The notes: generated from the letters alone by a model not told the origin. A stretch of 31,277 bases of DNA from a virus (IMGVR_UViG_3300030059_000068:1-31277), one strand, 5' to 3'; shown: positions 18,217 to 27,337, counted from the stretch's first letter. Translations and numbers: made by a program.

Positions 18217-20508
18217 TTATGAGTTAAACGTACTGGAGTAGTATTTCTTATTACCGTGACGAGATGACGAATAAACTTCTTGTGCCAAGGTATTGTGTTT
18301 AGCATAAAACTCTACGTTCATATCTATTTGAGGAGCATCAAACAATTGTTCACAGTCTTGCGCCATTGCTAACAATTCCCCGGTAGTCCAAAATTCTTTT
18401 TCGTTAATCTCTACCTTCATGTACTTAACCTTACCATCAAATAGAGTTTCCTTTTGTTCTTTTTCAGAAATATCTGGAACAGAACAATCAAAACCAAACA
18501 GATGAAAGTTTCTAAACCCAAAGATATGTAGCATACCTATTGCTCTCATGGCTGCACACGTACCACCTGTAACAAAGGTTACATCATCAGGTATTTTAAT
18601 TTGTTCTTCTTCTTCATAGTCATCTTTATTACTAATTCTATTTTTGATAGCTTCTGAGTAAGCGTGCCACCCATATACATTTGATGTTCGTTCAATAATG
18701 TATTCAGTTACTGAAGGTTCAGTCATAGACGCGATAAAGAATTTAGTACTAGGGTCTATGTTCTCAAACAAACTTTTACGTACAATACCATGAGTACTTT
18801 CTCCTTCAATGGTACGAGGATCAAGTATAACACAACCCCAAGGTTTGATACCAGCATCTAGTAGTTTAGGATAGCTGTGCTTAACACATATTATTTTAGC
18901 GTTAGTTTCTTTTTGTAATTCTTTTATCTTATCAAAGTCAATAGAAAAACCTCCTGATACTATGATAGCATTTTCAGAATGTCCATAGTATTGTTGAACA
19001 CTATCCCAATTATCTATAAGTTTTAAGTTAGCATTAATATTATCTACAATATCATCCTTGGGTACGCAGTCTTTAGGATGAACGATAATAGGTATACGCC
19101 TAAGTTCAATAGGAATATCTTTTAACTTTGAATTGTTAAGAAGGACAGCTAGATGTACTAGACCACCACCAGATACTTTATCCTGTGATGGTAGCACATG
19201 CATACGCTTGCCTTCCATCTCATCACGAATAAGTTTATTAACACCTACCTTATCTTGAGAGACTGTATGACCATTCTGATCCTTAGAATAGAAGTCATCA
19301 AACACTATGACAGGGATATGTTTTAGATTATCGTAGTCACTTTTAATTGTGTCTTCACTATGTCCACCATCAATAAAAGCAAAAGGAACTTTCTTTAATT
19401 CTTTCTTAGCCTTTTTCAGTGTATCACGTGAGTTACCCTTATGTAGTTTAAAGGTAAAAGTTTTACCCTTCTCTTTCATCTTCTCTGTAAATTCAGTGAG
19501 TCGATTAAAGACTGCATCATAAGTATTGTGTTGCTTAATATTTAGTTCAAGCTTATCTGTCTCATCAGTAGCTTCTTCAAACAAATCAAAGCCAATGTAA
19601 TGAAACTTATCTATCGTCTCAAAGGAAGCTAGTGCCATCTCAATTGCTCTACCACCATTCCATGTACCAATCTCTACAATCTTATTAGGATTGTAACTAC
19701 GCACTAGCGTAGCAAGCTGACCATAACGAGGTAGTACTACGTCCTGTGAAAAGCCTTGCTCAGACATTACTTCCTGCTTACGATCACCCTTGTAATGCAT
19801 CATAAATTTATTTAAAGAAGACTGTTCAAAGACAGCCAGTCCTTTAGCATCTGGTGTAAGGTTATGAACTTTCATACCATGTGCTGCATATATGTTAATG
19901 AAGCGAGTCATAATAAAGGCATCAGTCCATTCACGGTAAGCTATAACTTCTCCAATGTCATAGCATCCTCGAATGTCTGCAAGAAAGTAGTGAGGCATTT
20001 GATAGTCAAGATTAAAACCAATGAAGCCTGTCTCACTAAAGTCAATATCTTTTCTACCAAGATGTACTAACTCTGAATCTTTAGGGAAAGACTCAAACAA
20101 TATTTCTTCATTAAGCTTACTGTGTGTGATTACGTCTGCATCCATCCAGATTAACCAACCACCTTTAATCTCATCTTCAGAAATTTCCATGAAGTAATCA
20201 GTCAAGGCGTATACTTTATGACACCACTTCAAAGCATCCATACGCCAGTTGTATTCCATCTGACCATTCTCTGTACCATCATGGTGCTTCATACGATCAA
20301 GGTAAGAAGTACGATCTTCTACTAAGTCCAAGTCTCTGTATTCAATAAGAGGTGACTTAGGAAACTGTGCGATCTGCTCTTCACTACAGGTGTCATAGTA
20401 CGCGACCAGTTTTACATCATCTTCCCAATGCTCTACTACTGATTCAAGCATACTCTTAGCATAAGTAGTATAGTTTTTCCCACTAAACGAGGTAACGAAA
20501 TTAATCAT
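18217..20508 (-). CDS. Three-domain fusion: GT-A glycosyltransferase + class I SAM methyltransferase + Maf/MptE-like (DUF115) domain
   Basis: GT domain: FVTSF...KWCHKVYA...IWMDAD (DxD, about 20134-20148)...ETGFIGFN...HYKG. MTase: VEIGTWNG, IGFDLFE, KGNS..TL, FIDGGHS, IVFDD. C-terminal domain: AIIVSGGFS, IICVKHSY..L...GIKP..CVILDP, GGT.AAMRAI.M..IFGFRNFHLFGFDCS. Confidence 0.8.
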   Translation of the reverse strand: MINFVTSFSGKNYTTYAKSMLESVVEHWEDDVKLVAYYDTCSEEQIAQFPKSPLIEYRDLDLVEDRTSYLDRMKHHDGTENGQMEYNWRMDALKWCHKVYALTDYFMEISEDEIKGGWLIWMDADVITHSKLNEEILFESFPKDSELVHLGRKDIDFSETGFIGFNLDYQMPHYFLADIRGCYDIGEVIAYREWTDAFIMTRFINIYAAHGMKVHNLTPDAKGLAVFEQSSLNKFMMHYKGDRKQEVMSEQGFSQDVVLPRYGQLATLVRSYNPNKIVEIGTWNGGRAIEMALASFETIDKFHYIGFDLFEEATDETDKLELNIKQHNTYDAVFNRLTEFTEKMKEKGKTFTFKLHKGNSRDTLKKAKKELKKVPFAFIDGGHSEDTIKSDYDNLKHIPVIVFDDFYSKDQNGHTVSQDKVGVNKLIRDEMEGKRMHVLPSQDKVSGGGLVHLAVLLNNSKLKDIPIELRRIPIIVHPKDCVPKDDIVDNINANLKLIDNWDSVQQYYGHSENAIIVSGGFSIDFDKIKELQKETNAKIICVKHSYPKLLDAGIKPWGCVILDPRTIEGESTHGIVRKSLFENIDPSTKFFIASMTEPSVTEYIIERTSNVYGWHAYSEAIKNRISNKDDYEEEEQIKIPDDVTFVTGGTCAAMRAIGMLHIFGFRNFHLFGFDCSVPDISEKEQKETLFDGKVKYMKVEINEKEFWTTGELLAMAQDCEQLFDAPQIDMNVEFYAKHNTLAQEVYSSSRHGNKKYYSSTFNS

Positions 20509-20513
20509 ATGTC

Positions 20514-21251
20514 TTAGTATCCTTCATTCTGTTTCATCTCATAACATAACTCTTGCCATTCTTTAGCATAGAAATTATCTATATCCCTCTTGCCTTCCCA
20601 GTTCCTAAAGAGTGGTCCTCCTGTAGTAAAGTGTACTGCTTTAGGCTGAATACTCTCAGAGCTATGACCGTCTAACCAATTCCATTTCTCGTGCAAGCTT
20701 CCAATATTTTCTGACCAGTAAAAAGAATGTAGCCAAGCACCTGATTTAGTATTAACATCTGATACTGTCAGTTCATTTATTTCAGGATGATCACAATTCC
20801 ATAGAACAAAGCTTGACCAGTTCTTTCTAAAATAACTTTGTTGTAATTTCCCATCCATCTTTTTCTCATCATTAGGTACATGGGTATGCTTCACACAAGA
20901 AATAGCATTAGTCTTAGTATCATTGTGAAAGACTTCCATGATATCTCCACGAACAAACATATCACAATCCATGAATAAAGCTTGACCATCTAAATGGTTT
21001 AGAAAAGGTACAAGAAATCTTGTAAAACTAAACTCAGTTGAGAAAGGTTTACGATCAAAGGTATCTACTTCCTGTCCGTTATCTAGTACACCGTTCCTGT
21101 GGTACATACCCATACGTCTTAGCTTATCTTGTTTAATAGGTACTATATTAATAGGTTCAGAAGAATATTTCTTAATAGAATATTCTAGTACTCGATAATA
21201 TAAATCTTCTTTAGGATCGTAACCAATATAAACTGTAGGTAATTTACTCAT
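20514..21251 (-). CDS. GT-A glycosyltransferase, GT8/CDI-like
   Basis: Motifs VYIGYDP.E, STEFSFTRFLVPFL, ALFMDCDM (DxD), RKNWSSFVLWNC.HP, IG.L...WNWL and AVHFTTGGP. Confidence 0.85.
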   Translation of the reverse strand: MSKLPTVYIGYDPKEDLYYRVLEYSIKKYSSEPINIVPIKQDKLRRMGMYHRNGVLDNGQEVDTFDRKPFSTEFSFTRFLVPFLNHLDGQALFMDCDMFVRGDIMEVFHNDTKTNAISCVKHTHVPNDEKKMDGKLQQSYFRKNWSSFVLWNCDHPEINELTVSDVNTKSGAWLHSFYWSENIGSLHEKWNWLDGHSSESIQPKAVHFTTGGPLFRNWEGKRDIDNFYAKEWQELCYEMKQNEGY

Positions 21252-21282
21252 GAAACCCTTCTATGTTAATGTTATAGTATCC

Positions 21283-21585
21283 TCACCAACCCATTGTCAT
21301 CTTGACTTCCTCTGACACACTGTCCATCGTAAAGGGTGGTTCAAATGTTGTTACAACTTCAACGTGTTCCACTCCCGGTACGTACCCAGCCAGCCTTATA
21401 TTCTCTGCAATCTCATCAGCAAAACCACACCAAGCACTTGTAAGTGTGTGTGTGATTGTAACCCATGCGTTGTTCTCTTCAATCTTTATATCATATATCA
21501 AACCAAGATCGAAGACATTGATACTTATTTCTGGATCGTGTACCTTCTTTAAGTTCTCAATAATTTTATTGGTATCTATTTTCAT
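21283..21585 (-). CDS. Fe-S cluster assembly protein, SufT/PaaD/MIP18 (DUF59) family
   Basis: LKKVHDPEISINVFDLGLIYDI...TLTSAWC...FEPPFT.D.VSEE gives the DPE...T-x3-C signature. RBS ggag upstream. Confidence 0.9.
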   Translation of the reverse strand: MKIDTNKIIENLKKVHDPEISINVFDLGLIYDIKIEENNAWVTITHTLTSAWCGFADEIAENIRLAGYVPGVEHVEVVTTFEPPFTMDSVSEEVKMTMGW

Positions 21586-21645
21586 TTCTTAATTACTCCG
21601 ACATACAGCTAAAGTTTTCACCCTAATAGTTGTACCGTATCGAAT

Positions 21646-21674
21646 AGAATACTATAATATATATTAGTTGTCAA
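21646..21674 (-). promoter_or_regulatory. Sigma70-type promoter upstream of the SufT-GT-lysis-terS unit
   Basis: The minus strand reads TTGACA (21674-21669), a 17-nt spacer and TATTCT (21651-21646), inside a ~100-bp AT-rich intergenic gap. Confidence 0.75.
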
Positions 21675-21682
21675 GAAAAAAG

Positions 21683-22249
21683 TTAACTAAAAGGTTCACC
21701 TCTAAACCAACAGACTAGAGAGGATCGTTCACCTTCTTTAACTTTAGTTACTCGATGAAACATGAAGGCAGGGAAGACAGCTATGCTTCCTATCCTACGC
21801 ATATCTTTTAACGTAGAGAATTTCTTACTAGCTTGAGGATGTACCCAGTCTTGTACTTGAAAGTCTCCTCCTTTAAAATCATCATCAAGAGTTAGACTAA
21901 GAGAAAGTTTTCTTACGAAAGGATCAGCAGATGTCTCTACTCCTGTATCCATATGCCAGTCATAGAACTGACCCTTACCATAAAAAGAAACTTGAGGTGT
22001 TTCAAAACAATTGATATTAAAATTCCAGCCTGCGTCTATGTTAGCCTTCTCTACATAAAGTTGTAGGATGCTAGTCAACTCAGGATTTTCTAACCAAGCT
22101 ACCCTATTGTTTCTAACCTCCTTCATATCAACATCACTGCCTTCTTTAAAGACTTTAGCTTCTTCTTTATCTAGTTCTTTACCTATAGTAGCTAACCCTT
22201 TACAAAGTTCTTTAGGTAACTCTTCTTTAAAACAATGATAACTATTCAT
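21683..22249 (-). CDS. 2OG-Fe(II) oxygenase (prolyl-4-hydroxylase/PKHD type)
   Basis: YDWHMD (HxD), RKLSLSLTL..DFKGGDF and FPAFMFHRVTKVKEGERSSLVCW (distal His, Arg). The start is placed at the TAATG overlap with the RNR stop. Confidence 0.9.
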   Translation of the reverse strand: MNSYHCFKEELPKELCKGLATIGKELDKEEAKVFKEGSDVDMKEVRNNRVAWLENPELTSILQLYVEKANIDAGWNFNINCFETPQVSFYGKGQFYDWHMDTGVETSADPFVRKLSLSLTLDDDFKGGDFQVQDWVHPQASKKFSTLKDMRRIGSIAVFPAFMFHRVTKVKEGERSSLVCWFRGEPFS

Positions 22250-23934
22250 TAAACTCCACAACTGCCCCCGTGTCCTGTGATGTCACAAATATCATGTGTC
22301 TCTAGTCCTTCTTCAAACTCTTCTCCTAACTTATCAACAGCTTCTTTATAAGGTACAGATGTTAGTGGTTGTCCACCACGACATGAGTCAGGGTATACAG
22401 TAAACCCACGTAAGCGGTGTGCATAAGAAGCAAGAGTATCAGTAAATTCTTTTACTGTATCTTCATTGTTAAGCTTGCTTCCCCATGATGGTAGATTAAT
22501 AGTAGAAGAGATGGACATATCTACGTAATCTTGAACGTCTGCTTGAAATTTCATACGCCTCTTATAATCTTCCGCAAGATCAAGAGCAGACTCAATATCT
22601 TCAGGTCTGGTATCATATAGATCAATCAACTCTTGTGCTGCACTGTCTACTACATACTGATAGTGCCACCGTGTACCAGCTTTCAAGTACCTACGCTTAT
22701 AAGATACAGCAAAGATAGGTTCTACACCTGTGCTAGTACCTGCAAGAATACCTATTGATCCTGTAGGTGCGATAGCACGATTAGCTACTGGCCTACTCAA
22801 GTCCATTTCATCAGCAGTCTTCTTAGAAGTATCATCGCTTACTCCTTTATAAACTCCTAACCACTGGTGAAGTTCGTCAGTAACTTCATACTTAGAACCA
22901 CGCTTGATCAACCACTCGTGCATTCCCATCAAACCTAAACCTAGCCTACGATTCTTTTTACGTACATCATATATCTTATCATAAGGTAGCTTGGCTTTAA
23001 GCGTACCACATATAAGAAACTTAGTTGCTAGGTGTACAATATCTTTAAACTCTTTAAGAGTATCTACCCTGCCTAAGTTAACTGATCCTAAATTACAAAC
23101 ATCTGAATCATCTTCCGAGGTAACTTCAGTACAAGCGTTGCGAAGTGTTTCGTTTTCTTTATCAAAGAAGTTGAAACTAAATCCCGGTTCAGCGGTACGT
23201 AAAGCTTGTTTGACATTCTGCCTAAAAGTATTCCCAACATCCCCAGTCTCCCAATAATTTAAAAGCCATTCAGTATCATAGTTCACACTAATATTTGTCA
23301 TGTCCATTGGTGCAACAAAGTTAAAGTCTTGTTCCTTAACCTGACCAATAGTAAATCCTGTGTTACCAACAGGCATATCATTCCAGTTCTTACTGGTAAG
23401 AAACTTATCAATATCAGGATGCTTCCAGTTAAGACTGGCATAGATAGCAGACCTACGACTACCACCCTGCATAACTCTTCGACCAATTTCATTTAACATT
23501 AACATCTTAGGGATAGGACCAGATGAAAGACCACCAGTACCTGCAAGAATACGACCTTCCTCACGATAAACAGAATAGTCTACACCAATACCACCGCCTG
23601 TCATTAAGCATGACTCTGCCTTCCATGAAAGGTCTGCCCAGTCCTCACGTGTATCCTCTTCTGCACGTAAGAGATAACAATTATTAAAAAATTTGTTTGG
23701 TCTACCTGCGTAGTAGAGATAACGACCACCCGGTATAAACTTTAGATCAGTAATATATTCTTTTAGCTGGTCTTTTTCATCTTGCTTTAACTGAGGTGTA
23801 CATACATCATCAACTAGTACAGATGCTAGGCTTGCCCACGTTTCACAACCATGATGAGCATACTTATGTTTGAAAATATCCTCGCTAAACTTAGAACGAA
23901 ACATTGGATTTTCATTAGAGCGGAAGGTGGGCAT
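22249..23934 (-). CDS. nrdJ: Ribonucleotide reductase, probably class II (adenosylcobalamin-dependent)
   Basis: Motifs FIPGGRYL, FNNCYLL, GGGIG, EPGF, NACTE finger loop, CNLGSVNL, RRLGLG, IAPTGS, GVEP and SISSTINLP, with a C-terminal Cys pair (CDITGHGGSC). It is compact (561 aa), has no ATP cone, and no beta subunit gene lies nearby. Confidence 0.85.
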   Translation of the reverse strand: MPTFRSNENPMFRSKFSEDIFKHKYAHHGCETWASLASVLVDDVCTPQLKQDEKDQLKEYITDLKFIPGGRYLYYAGRPNKFFNNCYLLRAEEDTREDWADLSWKAESCLMTGGGIGVDYSVYREEGRILAGTGGLSSGPIPKMLMLNEIGRRVMQGGSRRSAIYASLNWKHPDIDKFLTSKNWNDMPVGNTGFTIGQVKEQDFNFVAPMDMTNISVNYDTEWLLNYWETGDVGNTFRQNVKQALRTAEPGFSFNFFDKENETLRNACTEVTSEDDSDVCNLGSVNLGRVDTLKEFKDIVHLATKFLICGTLKAKLPYDKIYDVRKKNRRLGLGLMGMHEWLIKRGSKYEVTDELHQWLGVYKGVSDDTSKKTADEMDLSRPVANRAIAPTGSIGILAGTSTGVEPIFAVSYKRRYLKAGTRWHYQYVVDSAAQELIDLYDTRPEDIESALDLAEDYKRRMKFQADVQDYVDMSISSTINLPSWGSKLNNEDTVKEFTDTLASYAHRLRGFTVYPDSCRGGQPLTSVPYKEAVDKLGEEFEEGLETHDICDITGHGGSCGV

Positions 23935-23938
23935 TAAT

Positions 23939-24253
23939 TTATACTCCTTTAGTTATGCTATCATGTACATAAAGCATGATTATGGCATAGTGAATAATCT
24001 TTAACAAGTCCTTTCTATTCTTTCCTTCTTTGTTACCATATCTTTTCCAGTACTTTAGTATGTTACCCATGACAAACCCTTCACCATGACCACTATCGAG
24101 TATAACATCAGTGGCTTGGTACTTACCTTTTGCATAGTGTTCCTTATAAGTAGAAGAAACATACTCATGTATCTCGTCTATATAATCTCCTTCTTCAAAC
24201 TTAAAGTTAGGAAGCGTAGCATATAGCTGTGCTATCTCTGAGTCTCTATCCAT
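23939..24253 (-). CDS. DUF3310 protein (T7 gp1.7-like putative nucleotide kinase)
   Basis: HY..GKYQATDVI...GFVMGNILKYWKRYG.K...KDLLKIIHY. The ATG at 24253 has a ggag RBS, so it is preferred over the longer ORF-track start. Confidence 0.75.
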   Translation of the reverse strand: MDRDSEIAQLYATLPNFKFEEGDYIDEIHEYVSSTYKEHYAKGKYQATDVILDSGHGEGFVMGNILKYWKRYGNKEGKNRKDLLKIIHYAIIMLYVHDSITKGV

Positions 24254-24263
24254 TTTATTTCTC

Positions 24264-24605
24264 CTAGTCGAATGTAAGGACTGCATTGATTCTTTTACGT
24301 ACATATTTTATCTCTTTAGATTTAAGAACTTTATAAGCAAAGCTTCTTACATAGGCAGGATCAACACCTGCTACATCACATACCGTAGAGAAATCTTCTG
24401 ATGTCACACCTACGGATGCAAAGAACCATGCTTTAGCATTGTTACGAGAGACTATAGACTCTTTAGATTCTTTAAGATGTTCTGGTTTAGTAGCATCTAA
24501 CATTGCTTGTAGCAAGACGCTAAGGAATAGTAGTTGTTGAGGCGGTGCCTTTTGATTTTCTACTAACTTCTCTATCTCTACTAGAAGGTTTTCTTTTTTG
24601 CTCAT
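24264..24605 (-). CDS. Conserved phage hypothetical protein
   Basis: The pattern LFLSVLLQAMLDA...AKAWF...DFSTVCDVAGVDP recurs in phage replication modules. Function unknown to me. Confidence 0.65.
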   Translation of the reverse strand: MSKKENLLVEIEKLVENQKAPPQQLLFLSVLLQAMLDATKPEHLKESKESIVSRNNAKAWFFASVGVTSEDFSTVCDVAGVDPAYVRSFAYKVLKSKEIKYVRKRINAVLTFD

Positions 24606-24969
24606 TTAACCAACTGTCAGGTAAACCATCAGAAAGTTTACAGTATAAAAAATTATGTTTGTTGCACCAATCTGCATAAGTTGACTTGCTCCTTTTGTAT
24701 AATTTACTAGCTGGTCTATCAAATACAAACCGTACATCAAGATCAGGATTAGATTTTCTTAGGAATAAATGTTTCTTCCTATCTTCTAGTGTGAACCTAC
24801 CCTTAACTTCTAATACAATACCTGAAGGTAGGACAAAATCAGGTAGATATCTTTTAGATTCGATCCACATATACGGTATGTAGTATGGTTCAAATTCATA
24901 TTTAACTTTTATACTTTTTAAGTAACCCGCTGTAGTCCGTTCGCTTCCTGACCTATATCTCTCAACCAT
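24520..24969 (-). CDS. T7 gp3-like endonuclease I (Holliday junction resolvase)
   Basis: Motifs YRSGSE, YLPDFVLPSGIVLEVKGRF...DRKKHL, DVRFVF and TYADWCNKHNF. Confidence 0.9.
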   Translation of the reverse strand: MVERYRSGSERTTAGYLKSIKVKYEFEPYYIPYMWIESKRYLPDFVLPSGIVLEVKGRFTLEDRKKHLFLRKSNPDLDVRFVFDRPASKLYKRSKSTYADWCNKHNFLYCKLSDGLPDSWLNEQKRKPSSRDREVSRKSKGTASTTTIP

Positions 24970-25822
24970 AAATTTCTTCTACATCAGGGGTACGTTCTAC
25001 GTGTGTAAGAAACTTTGAACTATTTGCATACTTGAAGTTCCGCAATCCTTTACCACCATTAGCACTAGACCAACAATCATGTTTATGCTCACAAAAAACA
25101 CACCCAACAGCAAGGCGGCGATTGCCAGACTTACCATCAGGAATATCATCATAGCACCTATCAGGTAGAATAGGAGACTTGACCATCTTTTTAAGATGAT
25201 TGATTCTTTCTTCTGCATTTATCATCTCCATGTGATGAACAGGACAATATGTTATTTCTCCACTAGACTTATCTATAACTACAAATCCTGCTTCTTTCAC
25301 CTTGTTAGCCTGAGCGTATGCAGATAGCTGTGCTATGTATCCGAATGGATCATCTGTAAATATAGCACCTTCCTTAAACTTTTTAAAGGAGAAGCTGGAC
25401 GCACTCTTAAAATCTACTAAGACATTATCTACTCTAGCATCTTGATGACCTACAACACCTCCAATTTTTAATTCTTTTTGTTGGTCTGTAACAGGATGTC
25501 CTGCTGACTTACATAAGAATACCAGAAGGCTTTCAAGGATATGACCATATAAGAATTTTATGTAGTCGTTTCCTTTCAAGCCTTCTTCTGTACTCTCTCC
25601 TTCTTTATTTAAGTTGTACCAAATTTTTCTATCAGGATGACCAATAAGAGATAACCTTAGTGTCTTCTTCTTCTTATGGTTTTCTTTTAACGCAAAGGAA
25701 ACAGAATGAACAATCTCTTCTGCGAGTTTAGATAGATCATCTGGGGATACATTTACTTCTTCATCAGACGTGAAGAGTGAATATATATCTTCCACCAGTG
25801 TATCTATTTTTTTATTGTTCAT
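24962..25822 (-). CDS. PD-(D/E)XK (Cas4/RecB-like) exonuclease
   Basis: Motifs LRLSLIG.PDRKIWY, FLYGHILE, GHQDARVD.VLVDFKSAS and YIAQLSAY, with a C-terminal C-x2-C-x5-C. Confidence 0.8.
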   Translation of the reverse strand: MNNKKIDTLVEDIYSLFTSDEEVNVSPDDLSKLAEEIVHSVSFALKENHKKKKTLRLSLIGHPDRKIWYNLNKEGESTEEGLKGNDYIKFLYGHILESLLVFLCKSAGHPVTDQQKELKIGGVVGHQDARVDNVLVDFKSASSFSFKKFKEGAIFTDDPFGYIAQLSAYAQANKVKEAGFVVIDKSSGEITYCPVHHMEMINAEERINHLKKMVKSPILPDRCYDDIPDGKSGNRRLAVGCVFCEHKHDCWSSANGGKGLRNFKYANSSKFLTHVERTPDVEEIYG

Positions 25823-25836
25823 TCTGTTTATTCCTT

Positions 25837-26037
25837 TTAAACTTCGTTCAAACGGTAACGTGTATAACTCTCACCCTCGGGTGTCTTAGCAGTCATAGTA
25901 TCAATGTTGTGACCACGCTTACGTAGCGAAGCAATAGAAGCGGTGAGGTTCTCTGCCCACCCCTGTTGGATAGCAGTCTTACGAGTAACACGCATTCGTT
26001 TCTGCAATGCACGTAGAACTTTTTGATCAGTAGTCAA
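25837..26037 (-). CDS. Small winged helix-turn-helix DNA-binding protein
   Basis: KVLRAL...VTRKTAI....LTASIASLRKRGHNIDT...YTRYRL. TTG start with aagga upstream. Confidence 0.7.
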   Translation of the reverse strand: MTTDQKVLRALQKRMRVTRKTAIQQGWAENLTASIASLRKRGHNIDTMTAKTPEGESYTRYRLNEV

Positions 26038-26042
26038 TATAC

Positions 26043-27074
26043 TTATTCCTTTTCAAGTTGATACTCAAACATCTCATCAATTAGATCATAGAAAGAATAC
26101 TGTCTTTCCCATCCTAGTTCTTTTTCTGCCTTGGTAGGATCACCCAACAATAGATCAACTTCTGTTGGTCGAAAAAACTCAGGACTACAATTAACTAGGA
26201 TACCTTTATACTCTGAATTTTCTTTGATGTCAAACCCTATTTCATTTACACCTTTCTCTTCCCATTGAAGTTGGACACCAAGATATTTATTAAAACCATA
26301 CTCAATCAATTCTTTTATTGAGTGTGTCTTACCTGTAGCAAGAACATAATCTTCTGGTTTATCTTGCTGCATCATAAGCCACATACCTTTTACATAGTCA
26401 GCGGCATGTCCCCAATCACGTTGAGCATTCAGATTACCTACGGTAAGGTAGTCTTTCCTGCCTAGCATGATATCTATTACACCCTTAACAATTTTTTGTG
26501 TAACAAAATTATCTCCTCGCAATGGAGATTCATGATTGAAAAGAATACCATTGCAAGCATACATCCCATAAGCTTCTCGATAATTCTTTACCATCCAGTA
26601 GCTATACTGTTTAGCTACACCGTAAGGACTACGTGGATAGAAGGGAGTAGTCTCTGTCTGTGGTACTTCTTGTACCTTACCGTACAGTTCAGACGTAGAA
26701 GCCTGATAGAATTTACAGGTGTCTACTATACCTAAAGTTCTGATACACTCCAGCAGTCGAGTAGTTCCTAGTCCGTCTACATCTCCTGTATACTCTGGTA
26801 TATCAAATGATATTCTTACATCTGATTGTGCAGCAAGGTTGTATATCTCATCAGGTTTAGTATCTTTAATAATCTTTAATAGACCTGACGTATCAGTCAA
26901 ATCTCCATAGGATGTATGGAAATTTGAATTACTACTTATGTTTTTTATCCTAGATAAATTATCTACAGATGACCTGCGAATAATAGAGTGGACTTCGTAG
27001 TCTTGTTCTAAAAGAAACTCAGTAAGATAAAAACCATCTTGACCTGATCCTCCTGTAATCAGAGCGGTCTTCAT
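26043..27074 (-). CDS. gmd: GDP-mannose 4,6-dehydratase
   Basis: Motifs [51 protein letters not shown] (YxxxK), [18 protein letters not shown] and [14 protein letters not shown]...LGW. Confidence 0.95.
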   Translation of the reverse strand: MKTALITGGSGQDGFYLTEFLLEQDYEVHSIIRRSSVDNLSRIKNISSNSNFHTSYGDLTDTSGLLKIIKDTKPDEIYNLAAQSDVRISFDIPEYTGDVDGLGTTRLLECIRTLGIVDTCKFYQASTSELYGKVQEVPQTETTPFYPRSPYGVAKQYSYWMVKNYREAYGMYACNGILFNHESPLRGDNFVTQKIVKGVIDIMLGRKDYLTVGNLNAQRDWGHAADYVKGMWLMMQQDKPEDYVLATGKTHSIKELIEYGFNKYLGVQLQWEEKGVNEIGFDIKENSEYKGILVNCSPEFFRPTEVDLLLGDPTKAEKELGWERQYSFYDLIDEMFEYQLEKE

Positions 27075-27307
27075 TACTTACCTTCGTCAGTAGGTTTAGT
27101 GAGTTTAAAATAAACATACCTCTTAGTACCATTATCATCTTTAAGTACAAAGGCTTTTGACTTTTCTTTAGGCCATTCAGTTCGACCTATATATTCCAAA
27201 TTGTGTCCTTGCTTTACTTGTTCAACAGCTTTGCTAACAAACCCATCATCTACATCTGTAATAAGGTAAGTACCAAAGATAAATATCAATCCTAATCCAA
27301 TTAGCAT
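27074..27307 (-). CDS. Small membrane-anchored hypothetical protein
   Basis: Hydrophobic N-terminus, a strong RBS (aggag), and a TAATG overlap with gmd. Confidence 0.65.
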   Translation of the reverse strand: MLIGLGLIFIFGTYLITDVDDGFVSKAVEQVKQGHNLEYIGRTEWPKEKSKAFVLKDDNGTKRYVYFKLTKPTDEGK

Positions 27308-27337
27308 TTGACTCTCCTATTTAACTGTTTAATTAAA

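Noticed and set aside
21271-21300. Possible internal promoter ATGACA-18-TATAAC ahead of the GT8-like gene
   Set aside because: It lacks the conserved final T of the -10 box, and the -35 box and spacer are suboptimal.
21683-22249. TET/JBP-type DNA hypermodification (oxygenase plus glycosyltransferases)
   Set aside because: The oxygenase motifs are P4H/PKHD-type, not TET/JBP, and no DNA methylase or hydroxymethylase is present in the window. It is not excluded without nucleoside analysis.
24962-25822. Cas4 as a sign of a CRISPR system
   Set aside because: No repeat-spacer array or other cas genes were seen, and solo Cas4-like exonucleases are routine in phage replication modules.
27320-27337. 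TTAA clusters resembling a CtrA box
   Set aside because: Spacings are 4 and 8 nt rather than TTAA-N7-TTAA, and the context is AT-rich.
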